Shown here piece by piece: positions 17,253-26,304 of a stretch of 50,233 nucleotides of DNA (position 1 is the first letter of the stretch; each line of letters starts with the position of its first letter). Made by a program: the position numbers and the translations under genes. This DNA is from Acidimicrobiia bacterium. GTDB taxonomy: Bacteria; Actinomycetota; Acidimicrobiia; Spongiisociales; UBA5794. The notes under the pieces are model-generated. The model was not told the origin of the DNA. It did no database searches and worked only from the letters and a program-made list of their open reading frames with translations. The stretch spans positions 1 through 50,233 of the forward strand of contig BTQG01000004.1 of assembly GCA_036985755.1 (NCBI GenBank), given 5' to 3'.

Positions 17253-18293
17253 ATGATCCACGCCGCGTGGCTGGAGATCAAGCGCCTCTGGGAGGGCCGC
17301 GAGCCGCTCCACGACCTCGAGCGGCGCCAGGTCATCAGTCGATTGTTCCCCCGAGGGGTTTCGCGCCGCCAGTTCTTCACCCGTTTCGCTTCGCTGATGA
17401 TGTTGTCGACTGCCATCGCCGTGCTCGGGATCCTGGCCGACTCGACGGCGGTGGTGATCGGAGCCATGCTCGTCGCCCCGCTCATGTTCCCTGTTCTCGG
17501 CGCCGCGGCGGCGATCGTCATGGGGTGGCCGCTTCGCATCATCCGCCGTGTGCTGCTCGTCGCCGTCGGATCGATGCTCGCCGTTGTCCTGGCGGCGCTG
17601 ATCTCACTTGTCGTCCCCGGCCGCACGGATCCGCTCCCTGCCGAGTTGCTGGCGCGTACATCGCCGAACCTGCTCGATCTCGGGATAGCGCTTGCCGCAG
17701 GCGCAGCAGGCGCATATGGACAGGTGAGACGGCACGCCGCCGACGCCCTGACCGGTGTTGCCGTTGCCGTGGCGCTCTTGCCACCGCTGGCAGTCGTCGG
17801 CATAACACTTCAGTTGACGGAATGGCAGCTTGCGGTCGGGGCCATGCTCCTCTTCCTCGCCAACGTGGTTGGCATCGTGATCGCCGCCTCGGTCATATTC
17901 TTTGCCGCCGGCTTTGTTCCCGGCCGCAATCCCCTGAGGGGACACCCTTCGGTGCTGCGGGGAGTGGGATGGGCAGCCATCGCCGCCATCATCGTCGTGC
18001 TTCCCATGCAGTTCGGCCGCGGGAACGTGCTCCCGCCCACCGACCCCACCGAAGAGGTGACAGCCCTCGTCGAGGACTACGTGGCAGAGGGTGGCACCTC
18101 CGCCGAGGTGATCGATGTCGAAGTTGAGATCGACCGCGGCATCACTGAGGTCGACATCGTCGTGGCGAGTTCCCTTGTCGCCCCATCCGTCAATGCCATC
18201 GCCGAGCACGTGGCCAAATACCTGTCATCACCGGTCCAGGTGCGGCTGCTCGTGGTTTCGACCGAGACCGAACGCGCCACCGTCTTCCCCTGA
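17253..18293 (+). CDS. DUF389 family membrane protein
   Basis: DSTAVVIGAMLVAPLMFP, ELLARTSPNLLDL, GVAVAVALLPPL, LLFLANVVGI. Confidence 0.9.
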   Translation: MIHAAWLEIKRLWEGREPLHDLERRQVISRLFPRGVSRRQFFTRFASLMMLSTAIAVLGILADSTAVVIGAMLVAPLMFPVLGAAAAIVMGWPLRIIRRVLLVAVGSMLAVVLAALISLVVPGRTDPLPAELLARTSPNLLDLGIALAAGAAGAYGQVRRHAADALTGVAVAVALLPPLAVVGITLQLTEWQLAVGAMLLFLANVVGIVIAASVIFFAAGFVPGRNPLRGHPSVLRGVGWAAIAAIIVVLPMQFGRGNVLPPTDPTEEVTALVEDYVAEGGTSAEVIDVEVEIDRGITEVDIVVASSLVAPSVNAIAEHVAKYLSSPVQVRLLVVSTETERATVFP

Positions 18294-18323
18294 GGTCTCT
18301 CCCTCGGTCCTCCCCCACCCATT

Positions 18324-18450
18324 AGGGGGCTCTGGGAGCTTGCCGGTTGCAGATGAGCTCATTTGATCACTTACTCCCCCAAAGCCCCCTCTGCGTTACG
18401 GCTGTCGCCGTGACGCGTCTCCCCCGCTCCGCGGGAGAGACGGGAGAGGC
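18324..18450. repeat. Composite REP/REPIN-like element, locus 2
   Basis: GGGGGCTCTGGGAGCTTGCCGG..TGAGCTCATT spacer plus CCCCCTCTGCG-hairpin-GTCTCCCCCGC..GCGGGAGAGAC unit, between convergent genes. Confidence 0.75.
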
Positions 18451-19230
18451 TCAGGCGATCGAGCAGGCCAATCCCCAGTCGTAGGGGGCGAATTCGACTT
18501 TTGGTTTCGTGGTCAGTACCCAGGACGCGTCGCCGGGCAGCAGCCACGGTGCAACGGCGGCCCCGATCGAGCGGCGGCGTGCGGGCAGCAGTGTCGGCAT
18601 CCGGTCCGGGGCAACCAGGTCCCTCCCGTACCACAGCAACACGCGTGACAGGCGAAGGATCCCGTTGTCCCTGTCCACCGCTGCTCCGCCCATTGCCAGG
18701 AAGCTGCGCATCTGATCGTCGAGCTGTGCCTCGACGATCTCGCCCTGATACGGTTCGTGGCGCAGGGTGGGACAGGAGACGGATCCGCATACGAGGGCGG
18801 CATGGATGCGCGGGTCACCGAATCGTCGGATCTTGCCGTGTTCGACGTCGGTCAGCGTCAGCGATTCTCCGCCGACGGTGACCCAAGAATCGTTGAATGC
18901 CCCCGGCACTCGAAGCACACTGTCCGCGTTCTCCTCGATGGCATCGGCGGCGAGGGCGAGCGCCCCTGCGTTGTACAGATTGATCCAGTAGGCGAGGGCT
19001 TCATCCCTGGTGAGTGTGTCGGGGTCGACCCGAGCCAGCCGATCTCGATACCGCAGGAGTGTCGTGCGGTTACCGGGCAGTGAGGCGATGCCCATCTCTT
19101 TGAGATCCACCAACACGCCGGCGAAATCGGCGTGGTCGAGCGACGCCGTTCCCTTCGGGTCCGGCCGGGTCCGGCGTCGCGCCATCAGGATGGCGATGGC
19201 GACGCGGGCCGGGTTGGGTTGTGTGGCCAT
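18451..19230 (-). CDS. DUF547 domain protein
   Basis: LAYWINLYNA, DPRIHAALVCGSVSCPTL, YDW; GAGGAG RBS. Confidence 0.9.
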   Translation of the reverse strand: MATQPNPARVAIAILMARRRTRPDPKGTASLDHADFAGVLVDLKEMGIASLPGNRTTLLRYRDRLARVDPDTLTRDEALAYWINLYNAGALALAADAIEENADSVLRVPGAFNDSWVTVGGESLTLTDVEHGKIRRFGDPRIHAALVCGSVSCPTLRHEPYQGEIVEAQLDDQMRSFLAMGGAAVDRDNGILRLSRVLLWYGRDLVAPDRMPTLLPARRRSIGAAVAPWLLPGDASWVLTTKPKVEFAPYDWGLACSIA

Positions 19231-19326
19231 CTGCTCTCCTCGATCTCTCAACGGCGAGGCGAGAACGGTCCTTCCCGCTTTGGATCTGGAGGCAACGATT
19301 GTGCCCGCCGTGGTGGTTTCCGTGGC

Positions 19327-20733
19327 TCAGGGTGAGCCGGTCTCCACCGCTTCGGCGCCTTCGGCCGGCGACGCGGTCATCCTGCGCATAAGGAAGTACC
19401 CCGCTATGCCGGCGATCGCCGATCCGAGGAAGATCCCGATCTTGGCCTCATCGGTGAGGATGACGGCCATGTCGGAGGATCGGAAGGCGAGCTCGGCGAT
19501 GAACAGCGAAACGGTGAATCCGATCCCGGCGAGAACACCGATCGCGATCACGTGACTGAAGCGAACATTGCGGGGAAGCTCACCGAGCTTGAGGCGCAGC
19601 CCGATCCAGGTCGCCAGTGCAATACCCACGGGTTTGCCGAGAACGAGCCCGACCGAGACGCCGAGGGCGATGGGACTGAAAATGGCGGCGATCACGTCGA
19701 GATCGGCAAACCGGATCCCTGCGTTGGCCAGGGCAAAGAGCGGAACCACGATGAATGACGAGAAACGATGCAGCCGGTGCTCGAAGCGCTCCAGCGGGGG
19801 TACCGATTCGCGGGCGATCGCCTCGAGTTCGAGCGCATCCTGGTCGAGGCGCTCCCTGGCGTCGGGGGAGGCGGCATTCATGTCGAATCGCTCCAGGATC
19901 CACCGGGCGCGACGTCTGAACTCGAGGTCGCTGTACATAGCCCTTGCCGGCACCATCAGGCCGAGGATCACACCGGCGATCGTGGCGTGCACCCCCGACT
20001 CCAGGAACGAAAACCAGACGATGAGGGCCAATGGCAAGTAGACGGCGATGGAGCGAATTCCGGCCTGGCGTGCGGTGAAGAGCAGGAACAACGCTCCGGC
20101 GGCCACGGCGAGCCAGATGATCGACAGGTCCGCCGTGTAGAACACCGCGATCACGAGGATTGCACCGATGTCATCGACGATGGCTAGTGCCAGGAGGAAG
20201 AGCTTGGCACCCACCGGCACTCGGGAGCCGAGCAGGGCGATCACACCCACGGAGAATGCGATGTCCGTGGCCATCGGGATCCCCCACCCGGCGATGGCGT
20301 CCCCGCCGTTGCTCGACGCTACGAACGCCACATAGATCAACGCAGGAACGACCATTCCCCCGAGAGCCGCCATCGCAGGGAGCGCCGCCTTTCGCATCGA
20401 GTTGAGCTCGCCGACCACGAGTTCCCGCTTGATCTCGAGCCCGACGACGAAAAAGAAGATCGCCATCAACCCATCGTTGACGATGTCCTTGAGGGTCTCT
20501 TCGAAATGAAACGACCCGAGCTCGATGGTGAGCTTGGTGCCCCAGAAGCTGAAGTAGCTCTCGCCCCAAAGGGAGTTCGCCCACAGCAAAGCGAGGACTG
20601 CGGCTGCGAGCAGCACGACCCCGCTCGCAGCCTCGGTGTCGGCGAACCGCAACGCCGGGCGCACGAAACGCCTGGGAATGGCCCGGTCCGAGTTGAGCCA
20701 TGTCTGGTGCAGCCGTTCGGAATCATTGGCCAT
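19327..20733 (-). CDS. nhaA: Na+/H+ antiporter NhaA
   Basis: NDGLMAIFFFVVGLEIKRE, GWGIPMATDIAF, LAIVDD, GKPVG, GIGFTVSLFI. Confidence 0.96.
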   Translation of the reverse strand: MANDSERLHQTWLNSDRAIPRRFVRPALRFADTEAASGVVLLAAAVLALLWANSLWGESYFSFWGTKLTIELGSFHFEETLKDIVNDGLMAIFFFVVGLEIKRELVVGELNSMRKAALPAMAALGGMVVPALIYVAFVASSNGGDAIAGWGIPMATDIAFSVGVIALLGSRVPVGAKLFLLALAIVDDIGAILVIAVFYTADLSIIWLAVAAGALFLLFTARQAGIRSIAVYLPLALIVWFSFLESGVHATIAGVILGLMVPARAMYSDLEFRRRARWILERFDMNAASPDARERLDQDALELEAIARESVPPLERFEHRLHRFSSFIVVPLFALANAGIRFADLDVIAAIFSPIALGVSVGLVLGKPVGIALATWIGLRLKLGELPRNVRFSHVIAIGVLAGIGFTVSLFIAELAFRSSDMAVILTDEAKIGIFLGSAIAGIAGYFLMRRMTASPAEGAEAVETGSP

Positions 20734-20815
20734 GAGGGCGCAAGGTTAGTGGCGCGCAGGAGTGCCCAGCTTTGTGCGGCGGTACCATCGCCGCTCGCCA
20801 GAAAGGGCCTTGCAG

Positions 20816-21790
20816 GTGTGGCTTGACGTCATCCTTCTCGTCGGGGGCATGATCGCTCTCATCTTCGCTGCCGACCGCCTCGTTCGGTCGGCGGTGGCGA
20901 TCTCTCGCGCCTTCGGGATGTCGGCGGTGCTCATCGGCGCCGTCATCATCGGCTTCGGGACCTCGGTCCCTGAGTTTGTCGTTTCCGGCCTGGCAGCCGT
21001 CGAGGGAGAGCTCGATCTGGCGGTGGCCAATGTGGTCAGCTCGAATTTCGCCAACGTGACACTCGTCCTTGGAGCCGCCGCGGTGGTCTCGGTCCTGGTT
21101 GCCAGGCGGCGGGTGATCCGTCGCGAAGGGGCACTGATGCTGGCCGCGGTGATGGTCCTCACCGCGGTGCTCGCCGACCGCCGGCTAGCGATCTGGGAGG
21201 GTCTCGTGCTCTTCGTGCTCCTTGGCGGTGCCATTGCTCTCATGCTCGGGTGGTCGAAGGATGACCCTGATGGGGTCGCCGAGGCGCTTGACGATGTCGA
21301 GGCCAGCGTGATCCTGGAGGACGACAAGGTGGTTGCGAGTCGGCGGCTCCGCGGGGTCGGCGGCGAGATCATCATCGGTTTAGTCGCCCTCGCCATCACG
21401 GTGATCGGCGCCAATTTCATGCTCGACGGGGTGATCGGCCTCGGCGAGCGCTTCGGCTTGTCGGTGGTCGCCCTCGGCCTGGTGACCGGTGTTGGGACCA
21501 GCCTGCCGGAGCTGGCGGCGGCCCTTGCCAGCGCCAGGCGCAGACAGCCGGAGCTCGCTTTGGGGAACGTGCTCGGGTCCAACATCTTCAACTCCCTCGG
21601 CGTCGTCGGTCTCGTCGCGGTGCTCGGCCCCGGATCGCTGGATGCGATCGGGCCGATCCTGCTGGCAGCGATGGTCGCGGCTGCCGTCGTGGCCGGCGTA
21701 TTTGCGTATACGGGGTGGTCTATCAACCGCTTGGAGGGGGCGGTCCTGCTGGTTGGTTTTGTGGTCTTCACCATCGTGGCGTTCCGCTGA
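20816..21790 (+). CDS. Calcium/sodium antiporter (CaCA, YrbG-like)
   Basis: Alpha repeats GTSVPE...SNFAN and GTSLPE...GSNIFN. Confidence 0.93.
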   Translation: MWLDVILLVGGMIALIFAADRLVRSAVAISRAFGMSAVLIGAVIIGFGTSVPEFVVSGLAAVEGELDLAVANVVSSNFANVTLVLGAAAVVSVLVARRRVIRREGALMLAAVMVLTAVLADRRLAIWEGLVLFVLLGGAIALMLGWSKDDPDGVAEALDDVEASVILEDDKVVASRRLRGVGGEIIIGLVALAITVIGANFMLDGVIGLGERFGLSVVALGLVTGVGTSLPELAAALASARRRQPELALGNVLGSNIFNSLGVVGLVAVLGPGSLDAIGPILLAAMVAAAVVAGVFAYTGWSINRLEGAVLLVGFVVFTIVAFR

Positions 21791-23508
21791 TGCGTTCCAA
21801 CGACCAGGTTGCATCCGCCCTGGCTCGGCTGGCGCTGCTGACTCAGCTGGAGGAAGGCAGCCGTCAGTCGTTTCGAACACGAGCCTATGAGCGGGCCGTC
21901 GACGCGGTGTCTCTGCTGCCGGAGGATGTCTCAACGCTCGGCTTGTCGGAACTGCGGGCGATTGACGGCGTTGGAGACTCCACCGCCAAGAAGATTCGCG
22001 AGTTCATCGATACCGGGCGTATCCAGGCGCTCGACGAGCTCACCACCAAGTACCCCGACCGGTTCGTGGCCATCATGCAGATCCCCGGCGTCGGGCCGCG
22101 CACCGCCATCACGTTGCGCGACGAGCTGGGCATCGAATCGGTGGATCAGTTGAAGGAGGCGGTCACCACACAGCAATTGCGCGAACTGCCGGGGTTTGGA
22201 GCCAAGACCGAGGAAAAGATCGGCAAGGCAATTGATCGGCTCGGCCTCGCAGGCAAGGACCGGCGGCTCCCCATCGGAAAGGCGCTGCGGATCGCCGAGG
22301 GCATCGTCGACCGTGTCGAATCGATCGATGGGGTCACCGCCGCCGTGCCCTGCGGGAGCCTGCGACGTTTCCGCGACACGATCGCCGACGTCGACATCCT
22401 GGTTGTGACCGGAGAGCCGGTTCCGGTCATCGAGGCCTTTGTTGGCGATGCGTCGGTGCGAGAAACGCTCGGAGCAGGAGCCGGAGGGGCGTCGGTGACG
22501 ACCGACGACCTGCAGATCGACTTGCGGGTAGTGCCCCTCGATCAGTTCGGCTCCGCCTCGTTGTACTTCACCGGCTCCAAGGCGCACAACATCGCGCTGC
22601 GGCAGCGGGCCATCGAGCGCGGCTGGCTGCTCAACGAGTACGGGTTGATGGACGGCGACACGGTGGTTGCCTCGACGACCGAGGAAGAGATCTATCGAGC
22701 GCTGGACCTCGATTTCATCCCTCCGGAACTGCGCGAGGACGTCGGCGAGATCGAAGCCGCCGCCGAGGGGTCGTTACCCGACCTCGTTGGTGTCGAGGAC
22801 ATCCGAGGCGATCTGCACGTGCACTCGGCGTGGTCGGGAGATGGGCGGAGCAGCCTCGAGCACATGATCGAGGCGGCAGCAGGGCGCGGCCTGGAGTACC
22901 TCGCCATCACCGAGCACGCAGAAGATCTTGCGATCAACGGCCTGTCACGGGAGAAGGTGGTCGAGCAGCGCGCTCGAATCGAGGAGATCCGAGCCCGCTA
23001 TCCCGATCTCGTCATCCTGCATGGGGCGGAGCTCAACATTGGTCGAGACGGCGACGTCGACTACGACGCCGAGTTCCTGGCCGAGTTCGATTGGTGTGTC
23101 GCCAGCGTGCACTCTCACTTCGACCTGTCGACGGCGCGACAGACCGATAGGGTGATCAAGGCGGTGGCCAACCCGGCGGTCAACGTCGTCGGGCACCTCA
23201 CCGGTCGGCGGATCGGGCGGCGCCCGGGGATTGAGATCGATTTCGACGCCGTGCTCGATGCCGTCGCCGATACAGGGACTGCGCTCGAGATCAACTCGCA
23301 TATCGATCGCCTCGATGTGCCTGCGGACCTCCTGCTGCGAGCGCGTCATCGCGATGATGTGGTTTTCACCATTTCCACAGATGCCCACCACACGACGGAG
23401 TTCGCCAATATCGCCTGGGGGGTCCGCACCGCCAGGCGCGGCTGGGTCGAGCGCTCCCGTGTGCTCAATACCCGACCGGCGGCCGACTTCCTTTCCTGGC
23501 TCGGTTAG
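21790..23508 (+). CDS. polX: DNA polymerase X with C-terminal PHP domain
   Basis: HhH motifs, GSLRR..TIADVDIL, IDLR, YFTGSKAHN, LNEYGL; PHP motifs DLHVH, TEH, E, SVH, GH, TDAH. Confidence 0.95.
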   Translation: MRSNDQVASALARLALLTQLEEGSRQSFRTRAYERAVDAVSLLPEDVSTLGLSELRAIDGVGDSTAKKIREFIDTGRIQALDELTTKYPDRFVAIMQIPGVGPRTAITLRDELGIESVDQLKEAVTTQQLRELPGFGAKTEEKIGKAIDRLGLAGKDRRLPIGKALRIAEGIVDRVESIDGVTAAVPCGSLRRFRDTIADVDILVVTGEPVPVIEAFVGDASVRETLGAGAGGASVTTDDLQIDLRVVPLDQFGSASLYFTGSKAHNIALRQRAIERGWLLNEYGLMDGDTVVASTTEEEIYRALDLDFIPPELREDVGEIEAAAEGSLPDLVGVEDIRGDLHVHSAWSGDGRSSLEHMIEAAAGRGLEYLAITEHAEDLAINGLSREKVVEQRARIEEIRARYPDLVILHGAELNIGRDGDVDYDAEFLAEFDWCVASVHSHFDLSTARQTDRVIKAVANPAVNVVGHLTGRRIGRRPGIEIDFDAVLDAVADTGTALEINSHIDRLDVPADLLLRARHRDDVVFTISTDAHHTTEFANIAWGVRTARRGWVERSRVLNTRPAADFLSWLG

Positions 23509-23555
23509 GCGGCCCTGCCAACCCCGGACTCCCGGGGCCACAGGTCGCGAAAACC

Positions 23556-24596
23556 ATGGTTGGGATGTCAGTGGCGGCTGATATCCTGACGGGGCCCGCA
23601 ACAGGGAGCGAAATGTCAGACCAACCTGCCAGGGGTTCGGCCGAAGATCGCACCTCCGAACCGATCGAAGACCAGGAGTCGAATCGGGTTCGGGGATATC
23701 AGCCTTGGAACGTCGTGTTTACCCGGGGTAGCGCCACCAACGAGGTCGCACAAATCCTTTGCGACGGAACCCCGGTTCGCGTGGAGGGTGATCTGAGAGA
23801 AGCCTGTATCGACGCCCGCTCTGATGTCCTGGTAACCAAGAAACTCACCTCGTTCGACCTGGTCAGCGCCGTCGCCCCGTACCGCGTGCGGTCCGATCGC
23901 ATCGAGGCGGTAGCGGCTGCCGTTGGCTCGGGTCCCAACTCGCTGTTTGCCGCCGCCCTCGCCCACCGGATCGCGAAGCATCTGGCGGTCCCAGGGTCGC
24001 TGGTTACCGCACCAGCACCGGGAGCCAGTGAGGCTTCGGCCAGGGCCCTGCTCGATGACCTGGCGCGAGATGCGCCGGGTTTGTCTCGTTCGGTACAACC
24101 GGTCGGCGGAGCCGCCGCCATCGTCGGTGCGTTGGACTCGAAAACCCTGCTGGTGGTTGGTGAGCCTGGAGGCTCGTGGCTCAACCGTCAGTTCTTCGGC
24201 CCCGGACGCAAGCTGATCCATGCCGCTCCGACCGGGGCGCTCATCGTGCGCGCCGCTCCTGCGCGCTGCTTCCGTTTCGCCGATGAGCCGGAGTTCGTGG
24301 GCGCGGCGATGCGAGCAGAGGACGCCACCAGGGTGACGGTGGCGAGGGTCGTCCCGGTCGTGGAAGATCGGCGGCTCGTGGGAATCGCCAGGCGAGCCGA
24401 GTTGATGGCCGCACCGCATGATCGGGCCGTCGGCGAGCTGATGGAACCTGCGGTGGCGCTCGAACAGGACGACCCGTTGGATGCCGCATGGGCATTGGCG
24501 GCGTTCTTCGAGAGCTCTCCGATTCCTGTGATCGACCCCGACGGCGAGCTGTTCGGCGTGGTGGATCCCCGGGGAGTGGGAATCGGTAGGTCGTAG
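23556..24596 (+). CDS. Hypothetical protein with USP-like and CBS-pair domains (start uncertain)
   Basis: USP-like segment (AVGSGPNS..LLVVG..LNRQFFG..ALIVR) followed by CBS-like repeats (VPVVEDRRLVGI; IPVIDPDGELFGVV). Confidence 0.65.
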   Translation: MVGMSVAADILTGPATGSEMSDQPARGSAEDRTSEPIEDQESNRVRGYQPWNVVFTRGSATNEVAQILCDGTPVRVEGDLREACIDARSDVLVTKKLTSFDLVSAVAPYRVRSDRIEAVAAAVGSGPNSLFAAALAHRIAKHLAVPGSLVTAPAPGASEASARALLDDLARDAPGLSRSVQPVGGAAAIVGALDSKTLLVVGEPGGSWLNRQFFGPGRKLIHAAPTGALIVRAAPARCFRFADEPEFVGAAMRAEDATRVTVARVVPVVEDRRLVGIARRAELMAAPHDRAVGELMEPAVALEQDDPLDAAWALAAFFESSPIPVIDPDGELFGVVDPRGVGIGRS

Positions 24597-24639
24597 TCAG
24601 TCCGGATGTAGTCGTGCCGATTCCCCGTAAGCTGGGCGT

Positions 24640-25131
24640 ATGGCTTCGAACGAACCCGTCGACGCACCGGTGACGCCGCAGGTCGTAGCCGCCGACGACC
24701 CCGCGGCACAGGACGTCGCCGATGGGCCGTTCGTCACCGAGCCGTCGAAGCTGATCCGCATCGCCTCGATGACGCGAGCGATGTTGGAGGAGGTCCGTGC
24801 ATCCGGTCTCGACGATCAGGGCCGGAAACGGCTCATCGTCGTCTATCACAATTCGATCGACGAGCTACGTGACGTGCTGTCCGATGACCTCAAGGACGAA
24901 CTAGACGCGATCTTTCTCCCGCTGGAGCGAGAAATCCCAACCGAATCTGAGTTGCGTATCGCCCAGGCGCAGCTTGTGGGGTGGCTCGAAGGGCTCTTCC
25001 ATGGCATCCAGGCATCATTGCTGACCCAGCAGATGTCGGCGCAGGCCCAGCTCGAACAGATGCGGCGCCGACGCGCCCTAGAGGCGCCCCAAGGTTCGGA
25101 CGAGGATGATTCGAGCGGCCTCTACCTGTAG
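24640..25131 (+). CDS. bpa: Bacterial proteasome activator Bpa/PafE
   Basis: PSKLIRIASM..MLEEVR, ELRIAQAQLVGWLEGLFHGIQ, C-terminal HbYX-type GLYL. Confidence 0.93.
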   Translation: MASNEPVDAPVTPQVVAADDPAAQDVADGPFVTEPSKLIRIASMTRAMLEEVRASGLDDQGRKRLIVVYHNSIDELRDVLSDDLKDELDAIFLPLEREIPTESELRIAQAQLVGWLEGLFHGIQASLLTQQMSAQAQLEQMRRRRALEAPQGSDEDDSSGLYL

Positions 25132-25136
25132 GCGGT

Positions 25137-25715
25137 TCAAGATCCGTTGCCGACGATGGCGACGAACAGCGTCAGGACGACGAGGGCTGCGGTCACCGCA
25201 ATCATCGCCCACACCGACCAGGTCAAGCCCTTTACCGACGAAACGCTTTCGTTGAGGGCTTTGATGAGGTCGTCGAGGCGTGGGTCCGTGACCGGTTTCT
25301 GATTGCTCGGTGCGGGATTCCCTGCCGGTCGGGCGAGTGGCGCCACCCTGGTTGCCACCCTGGGCTCGGCGGCAGTCCCTGTCGGGGTGAGCAGGATCTC
25401 TGGGCCCTCGGTCGGATGGCCGAGCTTGATGGTGGTGGCGCCGTCGATGTCGAGGAACTGGATACGGGAGCCGGCGTGGAAGGTGCCGTTCCTGCTCGAG
25501 GTATCCTCGACCACCCAGTGGCTGCCGTCGTGTTTGACGATGGCATGGCGCCGGGAGATTCCGGGTTTCGACACGGGGACGGTGGCGCCGACATCGGCAC
25601 CGATCACGGCCGTCTGGCCCTCGGCAACGGTGTGCTCTTGTCCTTCGTATTCGAGCTTCAGATCCACGAATTTCCCCCGGGCAACCCGACGCGACGAGGG
25701 CAGCAATCTAGCCAT
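25137..25715 (-). CDS. FHA domain protein with C-terminal TM anchor (true start may be GTG 25667)
   Basis: ISRRHA and D..SRNGT FHA motifs; hydrophobic C-terminus. Confidence 0.85.
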   Translation of the reverse strand: MARLLPSSRRVARGKFVDLKLEYEGQEHTVAEGQTAVIGADVGATVPVSKPGISRRHAIVKHDGSHWVVEDTSSRNGTFHAGSRIQFLDIDGATTIKLGHPTEGPEILLTPTGTAAEPRVATRVAPLARPAGNPAPSNQKPVTDPRLDDLIKALNESVSSVKGLTWSVWAMIAVTAALVVLTLFVAIVGNGS

Positions 25716-25847
25716 TTCCCCGCATTGTAAGAAGTTAGCCTACGACGGGTGTGCTCGTGCCGAGCAACACCACGCGCTCGATTCTGGGAACACCGATCCG
25801 GTCTACGGTGTTGCCTACGCGAAGAGAGAACAGGGGTGTGTTCGATC

Positions 25848-26126
25848 ATGCTTTCGCTTGAGAGGTTGTGGGAACCGAAGGAGCCGTGGCGCGAAGAATC
25901 CGCATGCAGGAATCTCGACGTCGGCGTCTTCTTCCCGACCGACGAGTCTGAGGACGCCACCCTCGAGGCAAAGGCCATCTGCGTCACCTGCCCGGTCGCC
26001 GACATCTGCCTGCAATATGCCCTGTCGACCAATCAGCCGGAAGGGGTCTGGGGCGGACTCGACTCCAACGAACGGCGCCGCATGCGCCGTCGCATCCGCG
26101 ATCAAGCCCGTCGTAAGGCCAGCTGA
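25848..26126 (+). CDS. WhiB family Fe-S transcriptional regulator
   Basis: W...AC...FFP...AKAICVTCPVADICL...GVWGG...ERR. Confidence 0.93.
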   Translation: MLSLERLWEPKEPWREESACRNLDVGVFFPTDESEDATLEAKAICVTCPVADICLQYALSTNQPEGVWGGLDSNERRRMRRRIRDQARRKAS

Positions 26127-26235
26127 GCCGCCGCCTCCGAGACGATTACGAGGATTTGAGCCCTCCGCTCCCAACGCCGCGCCGTGCGCGGCCTGATCAC
26201 TCGGTTCCCTGCCGGCGCCATGCGGACAGCGCAGC

Positions 26236-26244
26236 TGTGGATAA
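26236..26244 (-). promoter_or_regulatory. Single consensus DnaA box (TTATCCACA)
   Basis: Exact 9-mer in the whiB-vanW intergenic region; could be chance. Confidence 0.3.
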
Positions 26245-26304
26245 GCACCGCTGTTTCTCGAAGAGTCGTACACTCCCGCCGCTGCATAAGCCCGGCGTAG
26301 GGGG

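Noticed and set aside
25827-25844. LexA/SOS box upstream of whiB (GAACaggggtgtGTTC)
   Set aside because: The spacer is 8 nt, not the 4 nt of the actinobacterial CGAAC-N4-GTTCG box.
26127-26304. Replication origin
   Set aside because: There is only one DnaA box, no AT-rich unwinding element, and no dnaA/dnaN nearby.
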